A stretch of 59,808 nt of DNA, counting the filler. It is 7 parts of 7 records of this genome, joined end to end, with 100 filler letters (N's around TTAATTAATTAA, not from the genome) between each part and the next. Parts side by side here need not be neighbours in the genome. Positions count along the whole stretch, not along the records: positions 38,738 to 53,738 come from SRR31147125_16108; positions 53,839 to 59,808 come from SRR31147125_16116; 5 more parts are not named here. One strand, 5' to 3'. This document shows, in pieces, positions 52,163 through 59,808 of this stretch. The notes under the pieces were generated by a model that saw nothing but the letters and a program-made list of their open reading frames with translations, did not search any database and had not been told where the DNA came from. Every line of letters begins with the position of its first letter. Within the stretch, counting starts at the first letter, position 1. The position numbers and the translations under genes were made by a program.

Positions 52163-52830
52163 ATGCTTAAGAAAATGATGAAAATATTGATAGTTATTTT
52201 TGTTTCAACTGGATTTCTAACAATACAAAATAGTTACAGTCAAACGTTTTCTTCTGGTTTGGCATTGTTAGACAGTAAATGGACTGCAAATGGTTCTTTT
52301 CGTACGATTGTTGATAAACCTAAAAGATTCAGTTTGTCTGGTGTTGTTCAGTTTGATAAGCCTTATGATGGTGGAGAAGTAAAAAGTTTAATTATTGGGA
52401 GTGTGGGATATTCAGTCCTCCCTGCTGTAAATCTATTAGTTGGAACTTTTTATTCTTCATCAATAAAACTGAATCCGGCTATTTCTACTCAGTATGTATG
52501 GTCAAAAAATAAATTCAAAGGATTAGTTTATCCTATCTGGATTCTTCATGATCCAACTGTTCTTCTAACTTTTTTAGGTTTGAATATGCAAACGCAATTA
52601 ATTCTAAACTGGATTATTTCATAAGGTTTCAGCCATACATTGTTAGTGGATTTTGGAAACATCATTACACCAGGGCTGCTACTCGTGCTGGAATTAGAAT
52701 TAGAAGCTGGGAGATGGGTTTTGCAACGGATACTGATTTTGTAGGGAAAGAATTAGAGAGTACCAGTCGGTTTGGAATTTTTTTTCAAAAGAAGTTTAAA
52801 CGGAAATCGAAAAAGGAGATTTTAATATAA
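52163..52830 (+). CDS. Putative outer-membrane beta-barrel protein, frameshifted in a T-run near 52572
   Basis: Signal peptide; the shifted frame continues RFEYANAINSKLDYFIRFQ...RAGIRIRSWEMGF...RFGIFFQKKF with alternating beta-strand pattern. Confidence 0.55.
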
Positions 52831-52846
52831 ATTAAACAACATAGTT

Positions 52847-53738
52847 ATGAAAAAAGTAAATTTTTTATTGCTGTTAGCATTGTTCTCAATTGTGGTTGTT
52901 TCCAATGCGCAAATTAGACCAGCGCCTCTAAAAATGGTTCAATTTTTATTGACTCCGGATAATGACGACTGGAAGTACGATATTAATGAAGAAGCAACAA
53001 TAAAAATACAACTTACAAAATTTGGAGTTCCAGTTACCGATGCTGATATTTCGTATGAGTTTGGATCTGAAATGATGTTGCCTGAAAAGAAAGATGTCAT
53101 TGAATTGAAAAATGGAGTTGGAGAGATTAATATTGGAACTTTGGAAAAGCCTGGGTTTAAACAGTTGGTTGTAAAAGTAAATGATGATGGTGAGTTCTAC
53201 AGAGATGTAATAAAAGTTGCTTTTGCACCATCAAAAATTCAGCCAACCGTAAAACTTCCCAATGATTTTGATAGTTTCTGGAAAAAAGCACTGGAAGCAA
53301 ATTCCAAAATCCCCATGAATCCAATAGTTACTCATAAACCAGAGTATTCAACATCAACTGTTGATGTTTATTTGGTTAGTCTTCAGAATTATAATAAAGG
53401 AAAACGCTTGTATGGTTATCTGTGTAAACCTAAAGCTGAGGGAAAATATCCGGTTTTATTTCATCCACCGGGAGCTGGAATTAAAAAGGTGACCCCAAGT
53501 ACTTTTTATGCTGAGCAAGGTTTTATAAGCCTATCCATTGAAATTCATGGAATATCACCTGAAATATCTGATGAAGCATATACTGATATCCGAAATGCAT
53601 TTGGAGACTATTGGCTTGATAAGCTTGATGACAAAGATCATTACTATTATAAGAGTGTATATGTTGGCTGTGTTCGTTCTATCGATTTTTTGACAAGCTT
53701 ACCTGAGTATGATGGTGAAAATGTAGTTGTAAAAGGGG
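52847..53738 (+). CDS. Acetylxylan esterase / cephalosporin deacetylase (CE7-like), 3'-truncated
   Basis: PNDFDSFW, GKYPVLFHPPGAG, YYKSVYVGCVRSIDFL..LPEYDG. Confidence 0.85.
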
Positions 53739-53838
53739 NNNNNNNNNNNNNNNNNNNNNNNNNNNNNNNNNNNNNNNNNNNNTTAATTAATTAANNNNNN
53801 NNNNNNNNNNNNNNNNNNNNNNNNNNNNNNNNNNNNNN
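53739..53838. other. Artificial contig linker
   Basis: N44-TTAATTAATTAA-N44. Confidence 0.99.
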
Positions 53839-54265
53839 TTTGACTTAGATCTAAAAAATATTCTATATGATTTTTAAGTCAAAAATATTTAAGAATACTC
53901 TAAATAAAAACTCACTATCAAATTTATTTTTGACTTAACATTATTAATCTCAAAATCAAGTAAACTATTCATAATTATATCATTTAGAAATTTTTTTTCA
54001 ATCATTTTGAATATCTTTTCAGCATACTTATATCGCCTTTTAACTTACGATAAAACATTATAATGCTCATATTTTTTAATAACTTATCTCTTTTATTCTA
54101 GTTTTAGCTAAATAATCATTGAATCCCTATGAATGTTCATTAGGAACAATACCATGCCAACTTCTTGCAATCATAATTCTCTATTCGGTGTATTCATTTA
54201 TACATCTATTGTCTCCATTTTTTTAGTTATTACGGATATTTACTAATTTTAACCGATTTTAAAAT

Positions 54266-54327
54266 TAGTAACAAAACCTTGTAAGAGATGTAATACATAC
54301 GAAGTCCAGGTTGGCATGCTGTTAAAC
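54266..54327 (-). repeat. attC-like site downstream of the YqfO-like gene
   Basis: Minus strand GTTTAAC (overlapping the stop codon) ... GTTACTA; internal AACCT/AGGTT and ATGTA/TACAT pairing. Confidence 0.5.
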
Positions 54328-54656
54328 TAATTCAAGTTATAAATGTGGTTATGAAGTTGTATAACATTCATCAACACTTCTTCATAAGGATGGATTTCCT
54401 TAACTTTCTCAATTACAGATTCGATAAATTCTTCTGCACAACGTATCTCTAGTTTATACTCTGTTCCATAATTTACTTTGTTTTTTTCACCTGTGACAGG
54501 CTGCGCGTTATCATTTGGACACCAACTGCCTTTGATTGGATAGTATGACGCAACATGTGTATAATCCCCAACTTGACAGGCTCCTAACTTTGTTACTTCT
54601 TCAACTATTGAATCTATAAATTCTTCTGGTAAGTATATTTCTATTTTATATTGCAC
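54327..54656 (-). CDS. YqfO/NIF3-insert (PII/CutA-like) small protein
   Basis: YKIEIYLP, GACQVGDY, EYKLEI, HPYEE motif; AGGAGG SD before GTG 54656. Confidence 0.85.
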   Translation of the reverse strand: MQYKIEIYLPEEFIDSIVEEVTKLGACQVGDYTHVASYYPIKGSWCPNDNAQPVTGEKNKVNYGTEYKLEIRCAEEFIESVIEKVKEIHPYEEVLMNVIQLHNHIYNLN

Positions 54657-54727
54657 TGATTCCTCCTGTATGTACTGTTTAGAACTCACATTCCCCCGTC
54701 AAACTGTCATGTGAAGATCATGTTATT

Positions 54728-55417
54728 TTACTGAAACAAGATCTTTTCTATTTCTCCAAAATCTTCAATATAATAATCTGCAAATTCTTTTAGTATGCGA
54801 TGTTGTTCCTTATCCCTTTTTAAGAAGTGCCCTGCTAATATTGTTTTCATTCCTATTTTCTTTGCACCTTTCAACTCATCAGAGCCACCATCTCCAACAA
54901 AAATACAATTTTCTGGATTAGTACTCATTTTCTCTAATGCAATTTTATAAATTTCACTTTTGGGTTTTAAATATCCTGCTTCACATGAAAATATTGTTTC
55001 ATCAAATAAATTGCTTAGAGGAGATTCATTCCAATACATTATATCAATCACATCTGCATTGCTAATCAAACATATCTTTTTTCCTTTTTTCTTTATATCT
55101 AAAAGAACACTAAGAATTATAGGATCAATATTAATTAACGACTTTTTAAATCGTGCTTCTCTTAATTTTAATATCTCTAATTTTTCACTCTCACCAACAC
55201 TCACATTTAATTTATTAATAATATCTTGAATTATTTTTTTAGGATTTTTTTCTTGTCCACTTGCTCTTTTTATATAAAGCTCATTATCTTCTGCGTATTT
55301 TTCCCATTCGTCTTTTGTTATTTTTAATACATCATATTCATTTCTTAAATCACTATATTTTGGCACTACCAATGTAAAAAATAAATCAAAAAATACAACA
55401 TTTATATCCTTATTCAT
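54728..55417 (-). CDS. HAD family hydrolase
   Basis: FFDLFFTL motif I, ISN, KP, FVGDGGSDELKGA. Confidence 0.9.
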   Translation of the reverse strand: MNKDINVVFFDLFFTLVVPKYSDLRNEYDVLKITKDEWEKYAEDNELYIKRASGQEKNPKKIIQDIINKLNVSVGESEKLEILKLREARFKKSLINIDPIILSVLLDIKKKGKKICLISNADVIDIMYWNESPLSNLFDETIFSCEAGYLKPKSEIYKIALEKMSTNPENCIFVGDGGSDELKGAKKIGMKTILAGHFLKRDKEQHRILKEFADYYIEDFGEIEKILFQ

Positions 55418-55447
55418 ATTTAAATTCGCCCCTTTTCATCTTTATTA

Positions 55448-55538
55448 GAGTAACTATATAGTGTAGTCACTATTACCATAAAACATTCAAAAAGTATGAC
55501 TTTACCATGGTGAGTGGCGGGACACAGATGTGTTACAT
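55448..55538 (-). repeat. attC-like site between GNAT and HAD genes
   Basis: Minus ATGTAAC ... GTTACTC; plus-strand stem GTGT/ACAC, GTCACT/AGTGGC, TACCAT/ATGGTG with G-T pairs and bulges. Confidence 0.6.
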
Positions 55539-55592
55539 GTATGACTAGGCGATGTTTTGTACACAGCTATTCGGTCTAAATCTAACTTTGTA

Positions 55593-56006
55593 TCAAAGTT
55601 CCTTTTTCAAAACTATGTCTTCACCATTTGCATTCAATACAGACCAACCATTATTGACATACAACTCCGGTACATTGGTTTGAGCATAAAGAAATTTGTA
55701 TCCATATTCTTTTGATATTTTCTCTGCAGAATTTATAAGTTTAGAGCCTACGCCAAGACCTCTCATAGATGAATGAACATAAAGTGCGTTAATCCAAAGC
55801 GTTGCGTCATCTTTTTCAGGATTTTGATATGCCGTAAAAGCCAAACCACCTATTAATTTTTCGTTATTAATCGCTAAGATTGGACTAGGTAACCTAATGC
55901 CTAGCTTAATCTCCGTAAATTCTCCGTACTCTCCCCATATTTCTTCATACCAGTTTCGCAGTTGAATCAAATGAGGAGAAGTAAAATTAGAATTTGTAAT
56001 AATCAT
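55593..56006 (-). CDS. GNAT family N-acetyltransferase
   Basis: WINALYVHSSMRGLGVGSKLI motif A, LYVNNGW; AAGGAGG SD before ATG 56006. Confidence 0.88.
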   Translation of the reverse strand: MIITNSNFTSPHLIQLRNWYEEIWGEYGEFTEIKLGIRLPSPILAINNEKLIGGLAFTAYQNPEKDDATLWINALYVHSSMRGLGVGSKLINSAEKISKEYGYKFLYAQTNVPELYVNNGWSVLNANGEDIVLKKEL

Positions 56007-56033
56007 TTTTTCCTCCTTAGTAATTAAATTAAA

Positions 56034-56157
56034 CTGTGTCATTGAAATTTTAATGTCATTACTATCCTGTAAAATTTCAACTGGCAATATTCCAGCTTTG
56101 GTTTTTTGTTTATAATAAATGCTGTTTCAGAGAGGTTCAGCTCTCTTGCGATTTCTT
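56034..56157 (-). pseudogene. Deleted remnant of a PhzF-family (diaminopimelate epimerase-like) gene
   Basis: EIARELNLSETAFII fused out of frame to QKTKAGILPVEI...ISMTQ; both are PhzF segments normally far apart. Confidence 0.7.
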
Positions 56158-56211
56158 ACGCATGTTGTGGACAATCTGTTAGGAGGTGCATAATATCTCC
56201 CATTAAAAAAC

Positions 56212-56991
56212 CTATAACCTCAACGAAACCAATCTTCTCGCTTTTTCCACTGCTACCTTCAAATATTCTTCAGCAGATAGTTCAGCGTAATCCCACTTCA
56301 TTGCTTCCAAAGATATATTACCTGTATAGCCTGTATTAGCAATACCCTTCATAACGGAAGCCCAATCGATGCTCCCATCAAAAGGTAGTCCGTGCATTCC
56401 ATGGCTTCCATTATCATCATGTAAATGTAGTGCCATTAATTTCGATCCAAATTCTGAAAGCATATCAAAATCAGGGTAATAGTGATAGTGATGACCTGAG
56501 TCATAACAGAATCCAACTCTATCTGAATCTATCTCGCTTAACACATATCTAATGTTCGATAGATTACGTAGATTCTCTAAAGCTATATTGATTTCCTTCT
56601 GTTCTGCTAATTCTGCAATCTTTTTAAAGCGTTTTAATCCAAATTCCGTGCATAAATGATCTTCGTTTGGTAAGTGTATTACCATAGTGGGAATTTCAAA
56701 TGATTGACAATCTCGTATACATTGCAGATAACAGTCATACATTTCTCTGCCAGCCAAACTATCATCCCAAAGAGTATTCGCATACTCTACTGGTGTGTGA
56801 ATATTCTCAATTAATAATCCTGATTCCCGTGCCATTCGGGGGGAATTAAGATAATCATCAACTCCAAACTTATCTCGTCCAAATTCATTACTCCACCACA
56901 TCAATACACCATCAAAACCGACTTCCTTCATCAATCTATAACGTTCCAGCATTGGTGTATCTCCATCAAACCAATCCCACATTGATATCAT
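56212..56991 (-). CDS. Sugar phosphate isomerase/epimerase (AP endonuclease 2 TIM barrel)
   Basis: IALENL, FCYDSGH, LHLHDDNG, HGLPFDGSIDW, SLE. Confidence 0.9.
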   Translation of the reverse strand: MISMWDWFDGDTPMLERYRLMKEVGFDGVLMWWSNEFGRDKFGVDDYLNSPRMARESGLLIENIHTPVEYANTLWDDSLAGREMYDCYLQCIRDCQSFEIPTMVIHLPNEDHLCTEFGLKRFKKIAELAEQKEINIALENLRNLSNIRYVLSEIDSDRVGFCYDSGHHYHYYPDFDMLSEFGSKLMALHLHDDNGSHGMHGLPFDGSIDWASVMKGIANTGYTGNISLEAMKWDYAELSAEEYLKVAVEKARRLVSLRL

Positions 56992-57046
56992 AATAATCTC
57001 CTATCTCAAAATAGTATTCAGATGCTACATGTCTTCTAATATGAGT

Positions 57047-57094
57047 CTCTAACTATGTAACGAAAGGCGTATTTTGGAAACAGACGTGTTAGCT
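57047..57094 (-). repeat. Internally deleted attC-like site
   Basis: Minus AGCTAAC ... GTTAGAG; both ends (TAACTAT..., ...ACAGAYGTGTTA) match the 55448-55538 site. Confidence 0.55.
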
Positions 57095-57125
57095 AAAGTT
57101 CATTTTCTTTCTTAAAAACCAAGTT

Positions 57126-57962
57126 CTAGTCATACTCTAGCGTCATACCGACACCAACTTCTTGTATATCAACAGCTCGAGACAATTCTATTTTCGATTT
57201 CAAATCTGTACAATGGCATGCGTGTACTTTTTTGATGTTCAAACGTCGGAAGTAGTCTACTGTTTTTTCTAGTATATCACGTTCAGGATTTAGTAGATGG
57301 AAACCTCCGATTATATCTACTATTCGTTCCTCTCCGCAAACCTTTTTTGCATAATCAACAATATTACAAATACCTGCATGTGAACAGCCAGTAATAATGA
57401 CTAAGCCTTCTGATGATTTGTACACCAAAGCCGAATCATCAAGCACATAGTCATTTTTCTCTACTCCGTTTTCTTCATAAGTGCCTATTGCAACTTTTCC
57501 TTCAAAATCGTTTTTTCGCTCAATTTCACCTAGAAATACGATGTTATCTGTTAACCAATGTGGTTTCTTCGTTAAGTTCGTTTCATAGTGTTTTTCTAGT
57601 TTGGCTTTGCTTATGATGCTACCTATATCTTCCTTGCCAATACACTTATACTCTAGTGCATCTGGATGAGATATAAACTTAGGTTGTTTATACTCTAAGC
57701 CTTCAATAATTGCTTCTGTTTGTAACCTCATTAAGGGAACAAGTCCCCATGTATGATCGATATGTCCATGCGATATTACTATGTAGTCAATATTGTATAA
57801 ATTCAACTGCTTTTTCATAGCATTCCTAATGAAAATGTCGGAATATCCTGCATCAAATAATATATTTGTATTTTCATCTTCGATGTAAAATGATACACTG
57901 GGTTCTGCTTGGAAATATCTATCGATTAATGTGTTGTTATCTACTAGTACATGTATTTTCAT
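57126..57962 (-). CDS. MBL-fold metallo-hydrolase (7,8-dihydropterin-6-yl-methyl...synthase-like group)
   Basis: ILFDAG, SHGHIDH, TGCSHAGI, IGGFHL, CHCT. Confidence 0.9.
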   Translation of the reverse strand: MKIHVLVDNNTLIDRYFQAEPSVSFYIEDENTNILFDAGYSDIFIRNAMKKQLNLYNIDYIVISHGHIDHTWGLVPLMRLQTEAIIEGLEYKQPKFISHPDALEYKCIGKEDIGSIISKAKLEKHYETNLTKKPHWLTDNIVFLGEIERKNDFEGKVAIGTYEENGVEKNDYVLDDSALVYKSSEGLVIITGCSHAGICNIVDYAKKVCGEERIVDIIGGFHLLNPERDILEKTVDYFRRLNIKKVHACHCTDLKSKIELSRAVDIQEVGVGMTLEYD

Positions 57963-58025
57963 ATTTCCATACCTTTCTAATTCGATTATTTTTACTTTCA
58001 TCACAAAAACTTGAAAATGAATTTT

Positions 58026-58101
58026 AGCTAACGTTTAGCTTATTTCTGACGCAACAATACACCCACTGTTATTCTGTTGTGTTGGAAATACACTGTTAGG
58101 C
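58026..58101 (-). repeat. attC-like site (best preserved)
   Basis: Minus GCCTAAC (RYYYAAC) 12 nt after the stop ... GTTAGCT; plus-strand 16-bp stem TATTTCTGACGCAACA/TGTTGTGTTGGAAATA with three G-T pairs. Confidence 0.75.
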
Positions 58102-58113
58102 GGAGTTCTCCGT

Positions 58114-58809
58114 TTACTTAATCATTTCTTTTACTATGCTCTCTACATGGATTTCTACTGTGTTCAAAAATTTTATATCTATTTCATCTTCCTTCTTTAA
58201 CAACAGTGGTAGTTCAGTACACCCAAGAATTAAGCCATCAATATGATCTTCTATTCTCATTCTTTCTATGATTTTTAAGAATTCATTTTTTGTTTCCCTT
58301 TTGATAACACCGATCTCTAATTCAGAGACTATCTTCTCATGAATATAATCTCGTTCTATACTTTTGGGAATAATTGGTTCTATGTTATGTTCTAAAATTT
58401 CTTTTTTGAAAAATTCTTCTTCCATTGTGAATTTTGTTCCGATTAAACCAATACGTTTTAGACCCAATTCTTTAGCTTTCTTCGATGTTGCGACTAATAT
58501 GCTGATTAATGGAACAGGTGATAATTCATTGAGGTGATTAAAAACAATATGTGGAGTGTTTGCACCTATTGCACAAATTTCTGCTCCCGCTTGATATCCT
58601 TCTTTTATAGCAGATAGCAAATAATCAGTTACTTTTTCATACTCCTTTTTTCCAACCATTTCGAGCAACTTATGTACATTCAAAGAATTAATTAGGAATT
58701 CTGGTATTTCCTCACTACTCATCATATCTTGATAACTTTTTATAATCAATTGATAATAATCTAAAGTTGCTTCTGGACCTAGTCCACCAATTAAACAGAA
58801 TTTTTTCAT
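58114..58809 (-). CDS. Aspartate/glutamate racemase family protein
   Basis: IGGLGPEATLDYY, GANTPH, LIGTKFTM, LGCTELP. Confidence 0.92.
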   Translation of the reverse strand: MKKFCLIGGLGPEATLDYYQLIIKSYQDMMSSEEIPEFLINSLNVHKLLEMVGKKEYEKVTDYLLSAIKEGYQAGAEICAIGANTPHIVFNHLNELSPVPLISILVATSKKAKELGLKRIGLIGTKFTMEEEFFKKEILEHNIEPIIPKSIERDYIHEKIVSELEIGVIKRETKNEFLKIIERMRIEDHIDGLILGCTELPLLLKKEDEIDIKFLNTVEIHVESIVKEMIK

Positions 58810-58857
58810 TTTTATCTTCCTTTCATTCTTTGTTTTAAGATTTTAATAGGGGATTTT

Positions 58858-58918
58858 ACCTAACGTTGAATGTCATAAGTGAAGAGTGCTTTTTATTTCA
58901 TCAGTAGAAGTGTTAAGT
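58858..58918 (-). repeat. attC-like site
   Basis: Minus ACTTAAC (perfect RYYYAAC containing the TAA stop of the upstream gene) ... GTTAGGT (perfect GTTRRRY); weak internal pairing. Confidence 0.65.
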
Positions 58919-59602
58919 GATATCCAAATACACTTCGATAAGACCTCTTGCTAATGATTTTGACGAATCAATGTACTCGATTTCTTCCCTTGATTCAAGT
59001 ACTACGTTTAAGTCAGTACATGCAACAATAATTTTCTGGACACCTTTTTCTATTGCCCGTGAAATTAATTGATTCCAAATCATTTTTGTTTTTTCAATTT
59101 CTTCATTGTTCTTTATACGAAGAATTACTTGATTTATTGTTTCCTGCCATTTTTCTTCAAATATATATTCACATTTCTTTAATTCAACACCTTTTTGATA
59201 CAATCCTGACTTCATTGTCATTTCAGTAGCGAATATACTAACCTTTGCGCCCTCCTCAATATCCTTCACAGTTTCATTCACGATGTTTAATACAGGTAAT
59301 TCTATATTCTTTGTAATATAATCAAAATGAGCATGGGCACTATTACATGGAATTCCAATTACATCAACGTCACATTTTTGAAGCTTCTCAATGCCTTCTT
59401 TTATAGATGTTTTTAATTGTTCTTCATTGGTTTCTCTATCAATATAGAAAGGAGTTGGTAAGGAATAAACTATTATATGAGGATAATCAATGTCATATTT
59501 TGCACCATACTGTTCTTGACATTGATCAAGCAGTAATTCTAGAAATGGACTTGTTGATCTCGGACCCATTCCAGCTAAAATTCCTATTGTTGTTTTTTTC
59601 AT
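58913..59602 (-). CDS. Aspartate/glutamate racemase family protein
   Basis: IGILAGMGPRST, IPCNSAH, VACTDL; AGGAG SD before ATG 59602. Confidence 0.92.
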   Translation of the reverse strand: MKKTTIGILAGMGPRSTSPFLELLLDQCQEQYGAKYDIDYPHIIVYSLPTPFYIDRETNEEQLKTSIKEGIEKLQKCDVDVIGIPCNSAHAHFDYITKNIELPVLNIVNETVKDIEEGAKVSIFATEMTMKSGLYQKGVELKKCEYIFEEKWQETINQVILRIKNNEEIEKTKMIWNQLISRAIEKGVQKIIVACTDLNVVLESREEIEYIDSSKSLARGLIEVYLDIT

Positions 59603-59610
59603 GTTATTTC

Positions 59611-59669
59611 TCCTAACTTCGTTCAATAGTTGCCGACGCCATCCTTTTGATTAAAACGGCATGGGCGTC
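59611..59669 (-). repeat. Partial attC-like site upstream of the last racemase
   Basis: Minus GTTAGGA core directly before the SD; adjacent bulged hairpin GACGCC-AT-CC-TTTT/AAAA-c-GG-c-AT-g-GGCGTC; far core not recognisable. Confidence 0.45.
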
Positions 59670-59808
59670 AGCTCACAATTTATTTCTTCAAGTATTGCTG
59701 TGTATATGGACAAACAACAATACACTTCCCACATAGGGTGATTTCTTTATTTATATTCTCTGCTGAAAGCCTTCTTGCTTCTCTTCTACATTCAATGGGA
59801 TTAAAAAA

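Larger units (their letters stand above)
54266..59669 (-). mobile_element. Putative integron-like gene-cassette array (CALIN-like; no integrase in window)
   Basis: Seven co-oriented unrelated genes, each followed on the minus strand by an nnnTAAC core; five close with a GTTA core around an imperfect palindrome. Confidence 0.65.

Noticed and set aside
8825-53838. Six identical TTAATTAATTAA elements as a biological repeat
   Set aside because: Each is centred in exactly 100 bp of N padding and separates compositionally different DNA; they are artificial linkers
54266-59669. Intergenic palindromes as simple terminators, CRISPR repeats or group II intron remnants
   Set aside because: They lack U-tails on the coding strand, pair better on the non-coding strand, differ in length and sequence, are separated by whole genes, and show no intron domain V motif

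Overview
This window is not one locus. It is seven unrelated contigs joined by six artificial 100-bp linkers (N44-TTAATTAATTAA-N44). (1) 1-8824: Desulfuromonadales/Geobacter-like housekeeping DNA (yjbQ, ferritin-like, htpG, trmL, modF, metY, rqcH/NFACT, 5' end of a tRNA-Leu). (2) 8925-16302: a defence island with a type III restriction-modification mod-res pair, two small divergent genes with a long structured leader, and a DUF2188 / CD-NTase / SLATT / second-TM-effector CBASS-like operon. (3) 16403-21632: Clostridia-like catabolic cluster (ABC substrate-binding protein, PucR regulator, SDR, decayed M24 peptidase, frameshifted phosphate acyltransferase, phosphotriesterase start). (4) 21733-27404: low-GC polysaccharide biosynthesis genes. 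(5) 27505-38637: sdhA/C/D, a divergent GlnE-like double nucleotidyltransferase, and a probably sigma54-driven surface/EPS cluster. (6) 38738-53738: Bacteroidota-type pectin-degradation cluster with unusual PL10 fusions and divergent CE8 paralogues. (7) 53839-59808: a low-GC, Bacillota-like contig in which seven co-oriented unrelated genes are each followed by a TAAC core; five of these close into TAAC...GTTA-bounded imperfect palindromes. This looks like an integron-type gene-cassette array with divergent, partly decayed attC-like sites and no integrase in view. Contig 7 and the CBASS variant in contig 2 are the best candidates for undescribed biology. All calls come from motif recognition by eye; no database search was run.
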